Below are positions 7,699 to 15,787 of a DNA stretch of 34,517 bases, piece by piece. Under the pieces are notes generated by a model. The model searched no databases. It was not told the origin of the DNA and worked only from the letters and a program-made list of their open reading frames with translations. Source of the stretch: Polyangiaceae bacterium (GTDB taxonomy: Bacteria; Myxococcota_A; Polyangia; Polyangiales; Polyangiaceae). The stretch covers positions 1 through 34,517 of the forward strand of contig JBGANF010000088.1 of assembly GCA_044222475.1 (NCBI GenBank). Direction: 5' to 3'. Positions within the stretch are counted from its first letter, which is position 1; every line of letters starts with the position of its first letter. Position numbers and translations under genes: made by a program.

Positions 7699-8739
7699 GT
7701 GCGACGTCCGGCCATCGTCCTCGGGATCGCGGTTCTCGCCGGCGTCGCGATCTACTTCGCGTGGCCGCGCCCGAAAGTCCCGGCGGGCGACCCGGGCGCG
7801 ACCTCGGCGACGTCGCCGGGAAGCCCGACCCCAGCCAAGACCGGTGACATCACGACGACCGTGGTCGCGAGCGCGACCCCGTCGCCGGCGGACTCCAGCG
7901 GAGCGCGGTTCTTCGAGTTCGGCGATGGCGCCGGTGCGCTCGGCCAAGGCGCCACGAAAGAGGGGCACCCGATCGCGCCATCGAGCTTCCTCGTCGACGA
8001 CGGCGGGCTCGTCGTCCTCGATCAAGAGAAGTCGCGGATCGTCCTCGCCGACGGGACGTCGATCCGGTTGCCGGGCAAGCGGGCCGACGACATCGCTCGC
8101 GGGGCCGATGGATCGCTGGCCGTGCTCGATCGCCTCGACGCGAAGGACGTGGCGATCCTGGACCGCGACGGCCATGTTCGGGGTCGACTCCCCTTGGCGG
8201 GCACCGGCATCGACGATCCCAAGGACGTGACCCGGCTCGTCGTCAGCGGCAACGACGTGTTCGTCGAGCGCAACGGCGGAGGTCCGTTGCTCCGCGTCGG
8301 AGGCACCGACGGCCGGCCCGGGGATCGCACCGAGATCCAAGGCATCCCAACTCGGGACGGCAAGTTTCTGGTCTCCGCCGGCATCACCGTGGCCGACGAA
8401 GGTCGCGCGTGGCTCACGCTCGCCGATCGCCAAGCGGTGCACCGGTGGACGCGCGAGCTGCGATTCCCGGCGGAGCTCAGCGCCGTCGCGTTCCTCGACA
8501 GCGACGCCAACGGTTCGATCTGGGTGGTTCTCCTCGGCGGATCGAGCGCGGCCGACTACGTGAACTGGGCGCTCTGCGTCGACCAAGCGACCGGAGCGAC
8601 GCGGAAGAGCATCACCCTCACGGTGGAGAACCCGCCGTGGGAGAGCTTCCGCGACTACGCCGTCCAGCCCGACGGGAGCCTCGTCGCCGCGACGCGCACC
8701 GAGCGCGGCGTCACGTTCGCGACGTATCCCTGTCGGTGA
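7699..8739 (+). CDS. Membrane-anchored hypothetical protein, probable beta-propeller (NHL-like)
   Basis: N-terminal TM IVLGIAVLAGVAIYFAW, Thr/Pro linker, blade-like repeats PSSFLVDDGGLVVLDQ, DIARGADGSLAVLD, DSDANGSIWV, YAVQPDGSLV. Confidence 0.65.
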   Translation: MRRPAIVLGIAVLAGVAIYFAWPRPKVPAGDPGATSATSPGSPTPAKTGDITTTVVASATPSPADSSGARFFEFGDGAGALGQGATKEGHPIAPSSFLVDDGGLVVLDQEKSRIVLADGTSIRLPGKRADDIARGADGSLAVLDRLDAKDVAILDRDGHVRGRLPLAGTGIDDPKDVTRLVVSGNDVFVERNGGGPLLRVGGTDGRPGDRTEIQGIPTRDGKFLVSAGITVADEGRAWLTLADRQAVHRWTRELRFPAELSAVAFLDSDANGSIWVVLLGGSSAADYVNWALCVDQATGATRKSITLTVENPPWESFRDYAVQPDGSLVAATRTERGVTFATYPCR

Positions 8740-8750
8740 GACCGCGCTGG

Positions 8751-9512
8751 CTAGGCGGCGAGGCGCGCGAGAAGCGCCGCGCGCGCCGGCGCGTACGGGG
8801 GCAACACCGAGAGCACGTTGAAGGCCGCCAGCTCGAGGAGCTCGTTCGTCCCCGCGTGCGCGTCTGCCGGGACCTCGACGGCGTAGCCGAGCTGGAGCGC
8901 GTCGGCGGCGGTCGTCATCAGTTGGAGCTCGGTCGCGCAGCCGGTGAGGACCAACGTGTCCACCGCGAGCTCCTCGAGCGTCTTCTGAAGCGTCGACCGG
9001 AAGAAGCCGCTGTAGCTCGGCTTCGTGACGAGCCGGTCACCCTCGTGCGGCGCGAGCGCGGGCCACACTTCGGCTCCCGGCGTCCCTTCGATCGCGTGGT
9101 TCCCCCAGTCGTCGAGATCCGAGTCGCCTGCGTCGTGACGATCGACGACGTAGACGACGGGGACGCTCGCCTCGCGCGCCGCTCGGAGGCGCGCCTGGAG
9201 CGCGGGCACGATGTCGCGCGCGCGCGGGACCTCGAGGACGCTCCCCGGCGTGAGGTGGTCGTTGATCATGTCGACCACGACGACCGCACGCCGCGGGGCA
9301 CGACCGGCGAGGGTCGCCATCAATCGTTCGCGCACGGTGGGAGAAGGTGCGTCCGTTGGGAGCGCGCGGGGGAGACGCGCGATGGCCTCTTGGATCGCGA
9401 CGGCCTCCGCAGCGTCGTCCGGGCTCAACGAGCCGAGCGCGACCCCGGCCATTCGAATCGGCCGGCGCGCCAGGACTAGCTCGAGCAGCGCCGCGCGCTT
9501 GTCGTCATCCAT
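8751..9512 (-). CDS. Isochorismatase-family protein lacking the catalytic Cys, with an N-terminal anti-sigma-like helical extension
   Basis: SD AAGGAG before ATG 9512; VVVDMINDH, HAIEGTPGAEV, VTKPSYSGF, LTGCATELQL, DALQLGY. The 827-aa ORF call upstream of 9512 is an antisense shadow of the plsB-like gene. Confidence 0.85.
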   Translation of the reverse strand: MDDDKRAALLELVLARRPIRMAGVALGSLSPDDAAEAVAIQEAIARLPRALPTDAPSPTVRERLMATLAGRAPRRAVVVVDMINDHLTPGSVLEVPRARDIVPALQARLRAAREASVPVVYVVDRHDAGDSDLDDWGNHAIEGTPGAEVWPALAPHEGDRLVTKPSYSGFFRSTLQKTLEELAVDTLVLTGCATELQLMTTAADALQLGYAVEVPADAHAGTNELLELAAFNVLSVLPPYAPARAALLARLAA

Positions 9513-9533
9513 CGCGGGTCTCTCCTTACTATA

Positions 9534-9560
9534 TACGCCCATCCTCCGGGTCCGGATGCA
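9534..9560 (-). promoter_or_regulatory. ECF-sigma-type promoter TGCATCC-N16-CGTA
   Basis: Minus strand reads TGCATCC ggacccggaggatggg CGTA tatagt AAGGAG agacccgcg ATG. Confidence 0.6.
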
Positions 9561-9626
9561 TCGCACCCGATCCCCCTTTTCTCGGCACATCCGGTAGGCT
9601 CGCTCCGTTCTCACTCGGAATCCGCC

Positions 9627-11204
9627 ATGCACGAAGCCCCCATTTTTCGCTTCAACGCAGCCAAGCCGGCGATCGTCGAAGAGGTCGTCAGCCGCGTCGT
9701 CGAAGGGACGCGCGATCCGCTCCTCGCGCTCAACGACGCCGCCTATCACGAGATACGGCGGCTCGGCCCCAAGTCGGACGCTTCGGCTGATTGGCGCGAC
9801 CTCGCGGGCGGGCTCGGCAAGATGGACGCCACCGACCTGCGGCGGAAGCTCGAGCAGCTCGCCGATCGCTACGCCTGGGACGTGGCCGGCAACTTCGATC
9901 CCCGCGTGTACAAGTTCGCCTCCCGCGCGATGGCGCCGATCCTCGGCGCGCTCTTGTCGCCGAAGGCCGCGCTGAAGCACCTGCCGGAGATGGGCAGCCT
10001 CGCCGCCCTCGACGATCGCATCGTCGTTCAGGGACCCACCGAGCAGATCGCTCACCTGGCGACCCTCGGCACGCTCGTCTTCGTCCCGACGCACCTGTCG
10101 AACCTCGACTCCGTCGTGTTCGGCTTCGCCCTCGAGCGTGCCGGTCTTCCGCCGGCGACCTACGGCGCAGGCAAGAACCTCTTCACGAACCCGGTGCTCT
10201 CGTTCTTCATGCACAACCTCGGCGCCTATCGCGTCGACCGTCGCCTGAAGCATGTACTCTACAAGGACGTGCTCAAGACCTACTCGGCCGTCCTCATCGA
10301 GCGCGGGTACCACAGCCTCTTCTTCCCCGGCGGCACGCGCTCTCGCTCCGGGGGCGTCGAGCGGAGGCTCAAGCTCGGCCTGGCCGGGACCGGCGTCGAA
10401 GCGCTGACGCGGACGGCGCAGAAAGGGAAGCCCCAACCCGTCTTCTTCGTGCCGGCGACGATCAACTACCTCCTCACCCTCGAAGCCGAGACCTTGATCG
10501 ACGACTTCCTCCAAGAGGAAGGGAAGAGCCGCTACATCATCGAGGACGACGAGTCGACGCGCTTCGCTCGCGTCGCCGCGTTCGCGCAGAAGCTCATGGG
10601 CCTCGACGCGAGCGTCGTGATTCGATTCTCGACGCCGCTCGACTGCTTCGGAAACGTCGTCGACGAGAACGGGCACTCGCACGACGAGCGCGGTCGCGAG
10701 ATCGACGCCCTCACGTACCTCTACGGCGACGGCGGCGAGATCCGACGTGACGCCGCGCGCGATGCCCAGTACACGCGCGAGCTCGGCGAGTCGATCTGCC
10801 GCGCGTTCAAGCGCGACACCGTCGTGATGGCCACTCACGTCGTCGCGGCGGCCGCCTTCGAGGAGCTGCGCAAGAAGGTCAAGAAGGACGACCTCTTCAG
10901 CCTCGTGAACTACCGGGAGCGCGTACACGTCCCGCGCGAAGAGTTCACCGCATCGGTGCAGGCGCGGCTCGACCAGCTCGCAGAAGAAGAGAAGGCTGGC
11001 CGCATCGTGCTCTCGGCGCAGCTGCGGTTCGCGCGCGCGCGCGAGGTGATCGACGTCGCCCTTCGAGCGCTCGCGGGGTACCACGCGAACCCGGTCCTCG
11101 TCGCCTACGGCGGGGACATCGTGCTCGAGGACACGCGCCTCCTCTTCTACTACCAGAATCGACTGGCCGCCCACGGTCTCGCCCACGACCTGCTCCGGCA
11201 CTGA
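9627..11204 (+). CDS. Glycerol-3-phosphate acyltransferase (PlsB-like, PlsC domain)
   Basis: Motif I PTHLSNLD (HxxxxD), GAGKNLF, GAYRVDRR, motif III FFPGGTRSRSG, VPATINY. Confidence 0.85.
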   Translation: MHEAPIFRFNAAKPAIVEEVVSRVVEGTRDPLLALNDAAYHEIRRLGPKSDASADWRDLAGGLGKMDATDLRRKLEQLADRYAWDVAGNFDPRVYKFASRAMAPILGALLSPKAALKHLPEMGSLAALDDRIVVQGPTEQIAHLATLGTLVFVPTHLSNLDSVVFGFALERAGLPPATYGAGKNLFTNPVLSFFMHNLGAYRVDRRLKHVLYKDVLKTYSAVLIERGYHSLFFPGGTRSRSGGVERRLKLGLAGTGVEALTRTAQKGKPQPVFFVPATINYLLTLEAETLIDDFLQEEGKSRYIIEDDESTRFARVAAFAQKLMGLDASVVIRFSTPLDCFGNVVDENGHSHDERGREIDALTYLYGDGGEIRRDAARDAQYTRELGESICRAFKRDTVVMATHVVAAAAFEELRKKVKKDDLFSLVNYRERVHVPREEFTASVQARLDQLAEEEKAGRIVLSAQLRFARAREVIDVALRALAGYHANPVLVAYGGDIVLEDTRLLFYYQNRLAAHGLAHDLLRH

Positions 11205-11210
11205 CCACCG

Positions 11211-11239
11211 TTGCTTTGGCGCTTGGCCGCGCATAGACT
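11211..11239 (+). promoter_or_regulatory. Sigma70-type promoter of the S1-domain gene
   Basis: TTGCTT (11211-11216), 17-nt spacer, TAGACT (11234-11239), 42 nt before the ATG. Confidence 0.6.
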
Positions 11240-11281
11240 CCGCGCCTCCGTCGTCGCCGCCCCGGCGGCCCGGGAAGCATC

Positions 11282-13399
11282 ATGACGTCCACCGAATCCT
11301 CCGACCCCAAAACCACCACCGAGAGCAGCGCTGCGCCGAACGAAGGCGCGACCGCTCCCGTGAGCCTCGAGAACGCGCCGGCGCAAGCCGCAGCGCCCGC
11401 ACCCTCAGCCGCGCACGACCACGAAGGTCAGACGACCGACGGCGGAGACGAAGGTGAAGGAGGCGACGAAGGCGAAGGTGAGGGCGAGCACGCCGCCGAA
11501 GGCGCAGCGGCCGGCGGAGCGCCGACCGGGGAGAAGAAGAAGCGTCGTCGTCGCCGCAAGAAGAAGAAGCCGGAGGGCGCTGCAGCCGGCGCGCCTGGTG
11601 CGCCTGCCACGTCCGAGGGCGGAGAGGCACCCGCCGCGGCCGAAGCCGGCGGCGAGCCCCGTCGTCACGACGAGCGTCGTCGCGAGAAGAAGAAGCACCA
11701 CTTCGGTGGCGAGCCGCGCGAGAGGCCGGCGTTCGGCGTCGGCGACGTGGTGTTCGGCCGCATCACCGAGATCACCGACGAGGTCCTCTTCGTCGATCTG
11801 TCGGGCAAGGCGCTCGCGATCTTCGATCGCATGGAGCTCCTCCTTCCCGAGGAGCCCGCGCAGGGTCCCGGCAGCAACGTCCTCGACGACGACGACGATT
11901 TCCTGCCGCCGAAGAAGGCCGAGGGCGAAGAGGCCGAAGCAGCGCCGACGGCCGACGCCGCCGGTGCGACTCCGGCCGAAGAAGAGGCGCGCGCGTCCCG
12001 TCGCGTGGTCCCCGCTGCGGTCTCGGCCGACGAGGCCCCCCCGGCCGAAGCGGCCGCTCCGGCCGAGGCGGCTCCTGCCGAAGGCGCCCCCGCGGATGCC
12101 CCGAAACCGGACGCGCCGCGTCCGGCCGAGACGCCGACGGTCACGCTTCCGCCGGTCGTCCTCGAGGTCGGCGCGAACTTCGTCGGCGTCGTCCACAACG
12201 ACGGCGGTCGCGGTGGTCTCGTGGTCCTCACGCGTCACCCGCGCCGTGGTCGGACGATGAAGCCGCTCGTCGCCAAGGCCCTCGTCGAGAAGACGACGAT
12301 CACCGGCCTCGTCACCGGCGCGATCCGCGGCGGCGTCGAGGTCGACATCGAAGGTCTCCGCGCGTTCGCTCCGGGCTCGCACATGGATGTGCGGCACGGC
12401 GCCGATCTGCGACCGCTCGTCGGCCAGCGCCTTCCGTTCCACGTCACCCAGTACGCCAAGCGCGGCCGCGACATCGTCCTGTCGCGCAAGGCGATGATCG
12501 AGGTCGAGGCGAAGAACCAGCGCGAGGAAGCGCTCAAGCGCATCGTCGTCGGCGCGTTCGTCGAGGGCACCGTCACGAGCGTCGTGCCGTTCGGCGCCTT
12601 CGTCGATCTCGGCGGCATCGAAGGCCTCGTCCCGCTCCAAGAGATGAGCCACAACCGCGGCGACACTCCGAACGACGTCTTCAGCGTCGGTCAGCACGTC
12701 GACGTCCAGGTTCAGCGCGTCGACGTGAAGGGAAAGATCTGGCTCTCGCGCAAGGCGACGCTCCCGGACCCGTGGGCCGACGTGGCGAAGAAGTACTCCG
12801 AAGGCACGCGCCACAAGGGACGAGTCGCGAGGCTCCAGCCCTTCGGCGCCTTCGTCGAGCTCGAGACCGGGATCGACGGGCTGATCCACACGTCCGACCT
12901 GTCGGCGAAGCGGATCGATCACCCGTCGGAGGTCGTGAAGGTCGGCGACGAGATCGACGTCATCGTCGCCTCGGTCGATCCGGGCTCGCACAAGATCGGT
13001 CTCCACCCGGTTCCGGAAGGCGCGGCCGAGGGCGAGGTCTTCCAGAAGGTCGCGATCCACAAGATCGTGAAGGTCGTCGTTCAGTCGATCGAGACCGGCG
13101 GCCTCGCGGTGCGCATCCTCGGTGCGACCGGACGTGGCGCGCGCGGCTTCATCACCTCGGCCGGCACCGGGACCCCCCGCGGGACGGAGCTCCGAAAGCA
13201 TTTCCCGGTCGGGAAGGAGCTCGAGGCGAAGATCGTCGAGATCGATCCGCGCCGCGGCGAGGCGAAGCTGTCGATCAAGGCGATGCACGAGGATACCGAG
13301 CGCAACGCCTACAAGAGCTACAAGAACCAGGTGAAGCAAGAGGCGAAGTTCGGGACCTTCGGCGATCTCCTGAAGAAGAGCCAAGAAGAGAAGAGCTGA
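11282..13399 (+). CDS. Multi-S1-domain RNA-binding protein (ribosomal protein S1 paralog) with long disordered N-terminus
   Basis: S1 repeats GGVEVDIEGLRAFAPGS, PFGAFVDLGGIEGLVP, PFGAFVELETGIDGLIH; C-terminal FGTFGDLLK as in RpsA; acidic N-terminus with KKKRRRRRKKKK. Confidence 0.85.
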   Translation: MTSTESSDPKTTTESSAAPNEGATAPVSLENAPAQAAAPAPSAAHDHEGQTTDGGDEGEGGDEGEGEGEHAAEGAAAGGAPTGEKKKRRRRRKKKKPEGAAAGAPGAPATSEGGEAPAAAEAGGEPRRHDERRREKKKHHFGGEPRERPAFGVGDVVFGRITEITDEVLFVDLSGKALAIFDRMELLLPEEPAQGPGSNVLDDDDDFLPPKKAEGEEAEAAPTADAAGATPAEEEARASRRVVPAAVSADEAPPAEAAAPAEAAPAEGAPADAPKPDAPRPAETPTVTLPPVVLEVGANFVGVVHNDGGRGGLVVLTRHPRRGRTMKPLVAKALVEKTTITGLVTGAIRGGVEVDIEGLRAFAPGSHMDVRHGADLRPLVGQRLPFHVTQYAKRGRDIVLSRKAMIEVEAKNQREEALKRIVVGAFVEGTVTSVVPFGAFVDLGGIEGLVPLQEMSHNRGDTPNDVFSVGQHVDVQVQRVDVKGKIWLSRKATLPDPWADVAKKYSEGTRHKGRVARLQPFGAFVELETGIDGLIHTSDLSAKRIDHPSEVVKVGDEIDVIVASVDPGSHKIGLHPVPEGAAEGEVFQKVAIHKIVKVVVQSIETGGLAVRILGATGRGARGFITSAGTGTPRGTELRKHFPVGKELEAKIVEIDPRRGEAKLSIKAMHEDTERNAYKSYKNQVKQEAKFGTFGDLLKKSQEEKS

Positions 13400-13425
13400 G
13401 CCCGGGCATCATGTAGCCTGGGGAA

Positions 13426-14925
13426 ATGGGCGAACTCTCGCTCGAGCCAGGGGCCATCTTCGCGAGCGACTTTCGTCTCGTGCGGCTCCTTGCTTCTGGC
13501 GGGATGGGTAGCGTCTACGTCGTCGATCAGCTCTCCACCGGCCGCCCGGCGGCGCTGAAGCTCATGCGGCCCGAGCTCGCGCTCGACGACGACGCGCGGC
13601 GTCGCTTCGAGCTCGAAGCCAAGATCGGCGCACGCGTCGAGAGCGACAACGTGGTCGACGTCCTCGCGGCCGGCGTCGACGAGGAGACGGGCGCGCCGTA
13701 CATCGTGATGGAGCTGCTCCTGGGGGAGGACCTCGCGTCGCGGATCGCACGTGGCCCGATTCCGTTGGCCGACGCGCTCGTCGTCTTCACGCAGCTCTGC
13801 ACGGCGGTCGGCAAGGCCCACGATGCCGGAGTGGTTCACCGCGACCTCAAGCCGGAGAACGTCTTCTTGGTGCGCGGCGAGCCGCCGGTCGTGAAGGTGC
13901 TCGATTTCGGAGTCGCCAAGGTCGCCGATTCGATGCACCAGAGCTCGACGAACGCGGTGGGGACGCCGCTCTTCATGGCACCCGAGCAAACGGAGCGCGG
14001 CAAGGTCACGGCGCGCGCCGACGTCTGGGCGCTGGGGCTGATCGCGTATCGCATGCTGACCGGAAACCACTTCTGGCGATCGGCCTACGATCGCAATGCG
14101 TCGCTCGCTCAGTTGATGCGCGAGGTCGTCCTCGCGCACCTGCCTGCGGCGTCCGTGCGGGCGCGAGAGCAGGGCGTCGCCCATCTGCTCCCTCCTGGCT
14201 TCGACGCGTTCTTCTCGCAGTGCGTCGCTCGCGAGCCGGAGCGGCGGCTGCGAAACGCGACCGAGGTGCTCGATGTCTTTCGTCGCGTGGCGTCCAACGA
14301 TCTCGCCTTCGCCGCCACCGCGCCCACCCCGATGTCGCTGCCGAGGCCGCGCGGGCCGGCGTTGCTCGATGCGCAGGTCGGAACGCCGCTGAGCGAGATG
14401 ACCGGCACGATCCGACTGGTGGTCGCCGGCATCGCGGTGTTCGGGTTCTGCGTGTGGTTCGCGTTCGCGCGATACATGGCGAGCCAGCGGGACGCCGCTG
14501 CCGAGAGCGAGTGGGAGGACGGCGAAGGAGAGATCGTCCTTCCTCCGTCCGCTTCGACGTCGACCGGAGCCGTCGGGACCGTGATCTCGCCGGCGACGCC
14601 TCCGGCGGGCGTGAGTGGAGCGGTCGTGGCACTCGAGCCGGCCACCGTGCCGGCGGATCTGATCACGCCGTCGATCGAGCGGGTCCTCCCGCGCCTCGAG
14701 AGCTGCGCGGGCACCACCACCGGATCCGGGCGCCGGAGGTTGATTCGCCGCGGCACGGTGACGGTTTCGTTCGTCGTGAAGGACCATGAGGCGCGCTCGC
14801 GGAACTCGCCGAAGAGCACCATGGGCGACGCCGTGACCGAGTGCGTCCTCGACGGTCTCCACGAGGCATCCTTCCCGACCGATGCCGAGGGCGTGCGAGT
14901 CACCTACGACATCACGTTCCGGTAG
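13426..14925 (+). CDS. Transmembrane Ser/Thr protein kinase
   Basis: LASGGMGSVY, AALK, FELEA, HRDLKPEN, DFG, GTPLFMAPEQ, DVWALG; one TM (LVVAGIAVFGFCVWFAF); C-terminal domain with a Cys pair, ending VTYDITF. Confidence 0.9.
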   Translation: MGELSLEPGAIFASDFRLVRLLASGGMGSVYVVDQLSTGRPAALKLMRPELALDDDARRRFELEAKIGARVESDNVVDVLAAGVDEETGAPYIVMELLLGEDLASRIARGPIPLADALVVFTQLCTAVGKAHDAGVVHRDLKPENVFLVRGEPPVVKVLDFGVAKVADSMHQSSTNAVGTPLFMAPEQTERGKVTARADVWALGLIAYRMLTGNHFWRSAYDRNASLAQLMREVVLAHLPAASVRAREQGVAHLLPPGFDAFFSQCVAREPERRLRNATEVLDVFRRVASNDLAFAATAPTPMSLPRPRGPALLDAQVGTPLSEMTGTIRLVVAGIAVFGFCVWFAFARYMASQRDAAAESEWEDGEGEIVLPPSASTSTGAVGTVISPATPPAGVSGAVVALEPATVPADLITPSIERVLPRLESCAGTTTGSGRRRLIRRGTVTVSFVVKDHEARSRNSPKSTMGDAVTECVLDGLHEASFPTDAEGVRVTYDITFR

Positions 14926-15775
14926 CTTGCTCGCGCGCGAAATCGGTGATCCGACGCGCGAGCTCCGCCGGGTCGTCGAAGTGCGGACAGTGCCCGAAGC
15001 CTCGCGGTCGATCGATGACGGCGTGCTTCGGCAGATGGCGCTCGAAGTAGTCGAAATGAGAGTCGGGGAGGAGGCGCTCCGACTCGCCCCAGAGGAACAG
15101 AATCGGCATCTGGAGCGCGCCGAGCTCGTCCGGAGTGACGAAGTGCTCGTTCGAGGCTCCGTGGACGAGGTCCTTCACCGAACGGCGCGCCATGACGGAC
15201 GGGAGCTCGTGGGCGATGAGGTGGGTGATCCACGGAGGCCGGTGATAGAGGCGATCGATGAACGCGCGCGCCTCTTTGCGCGAGCCCAGCGAGAACGTCC
15301 GCTTCAACTCGTCCCACTCTTCGGCGCTCGAGTGTGCGCCGGCCGGCGACACGAGGACGAGCGCGCGCACGCGCGCCGGATGCGAGATCGCGTAGTTCAA
15401 CGCGACCGCCCCGCCGAGCGAGTTGCCCACGAGGACGACCGGCTCGTCCACGACCTGCTCGATCGCGTTCGACACCGAATCGAAGAGCACCTCCGGCGTG
15501 AGGTGTGCGTGTTCGTCACTGAAGCCGTGACCGAGGAGATCCGGAGCGATGACGCGCCTCGCGTGCGGGCGAAGCCGCGCCAGGAGCGGACCGAACGGCG
15601 TGGACGCGGAGCCGAGCCCGTGGAGCAGCACGATGGGCGGCAGCTTGCCGCGCCCGCTCGCGTCGTACACGTGGAGTCGGCCGTGCGGCGTTTGGACCCA
15701 GCGCGCGGCCACGCCGCGACGGCGCAGGGCGAGCCGCCCGATGCGTTCCGCGAGCGGTACGAGGACGGCCTTCAT
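14912..15775 (-). CDS. Alpha/beta hydrolase (lipase/esterase)
   Basis: VLLHGLG, APDLLGHGFS, VGNSLGG (GxSxG), LWG, GHCPH. Confidence 0.85.
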   Translation of the reverse strand: MKAVLVPLAERIGRLALRRRGVAARWVQTPHGRLHVYDASGRGKLPPIVLLHGLGSASTPFGPLLARLRPHARRVIAPDLLGHGFSDEHAHLTPEVLFDSVSNAIEQVVDEPVVLVGNSLGGAVALNYAISHPARVRALVLVSPAGAHSSAEEWDELKRTFSLGSRKEARAFIDRLYHRPPWITHLIAHELPSVMARRSVKDLVHGASNEHFVTPDELGALQMPILFLWGESERLLPDSHFDYFERHLPKHAVIDRPRGFGHCPHFDDPAELARRITDFAREQATGT

Positions 15776-15787
15776 TCACGAACCACG

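Noticed and set aside
9513..11234. Apparent 827-aa fusion ending in the isochorismatase domain
   Set aside because: The upstream part is antisense to the PlsB-like gene; a clear promoter, SD and ATG exist at 9512.
11405..13384. 659-aa antisense ORF over the S1 gene, and similar shadows at 2885-4987, 4371-6584 and 21462-23132
   Set aside because: Mirror frames of genes with strong GC3 bias; no domain motifs.
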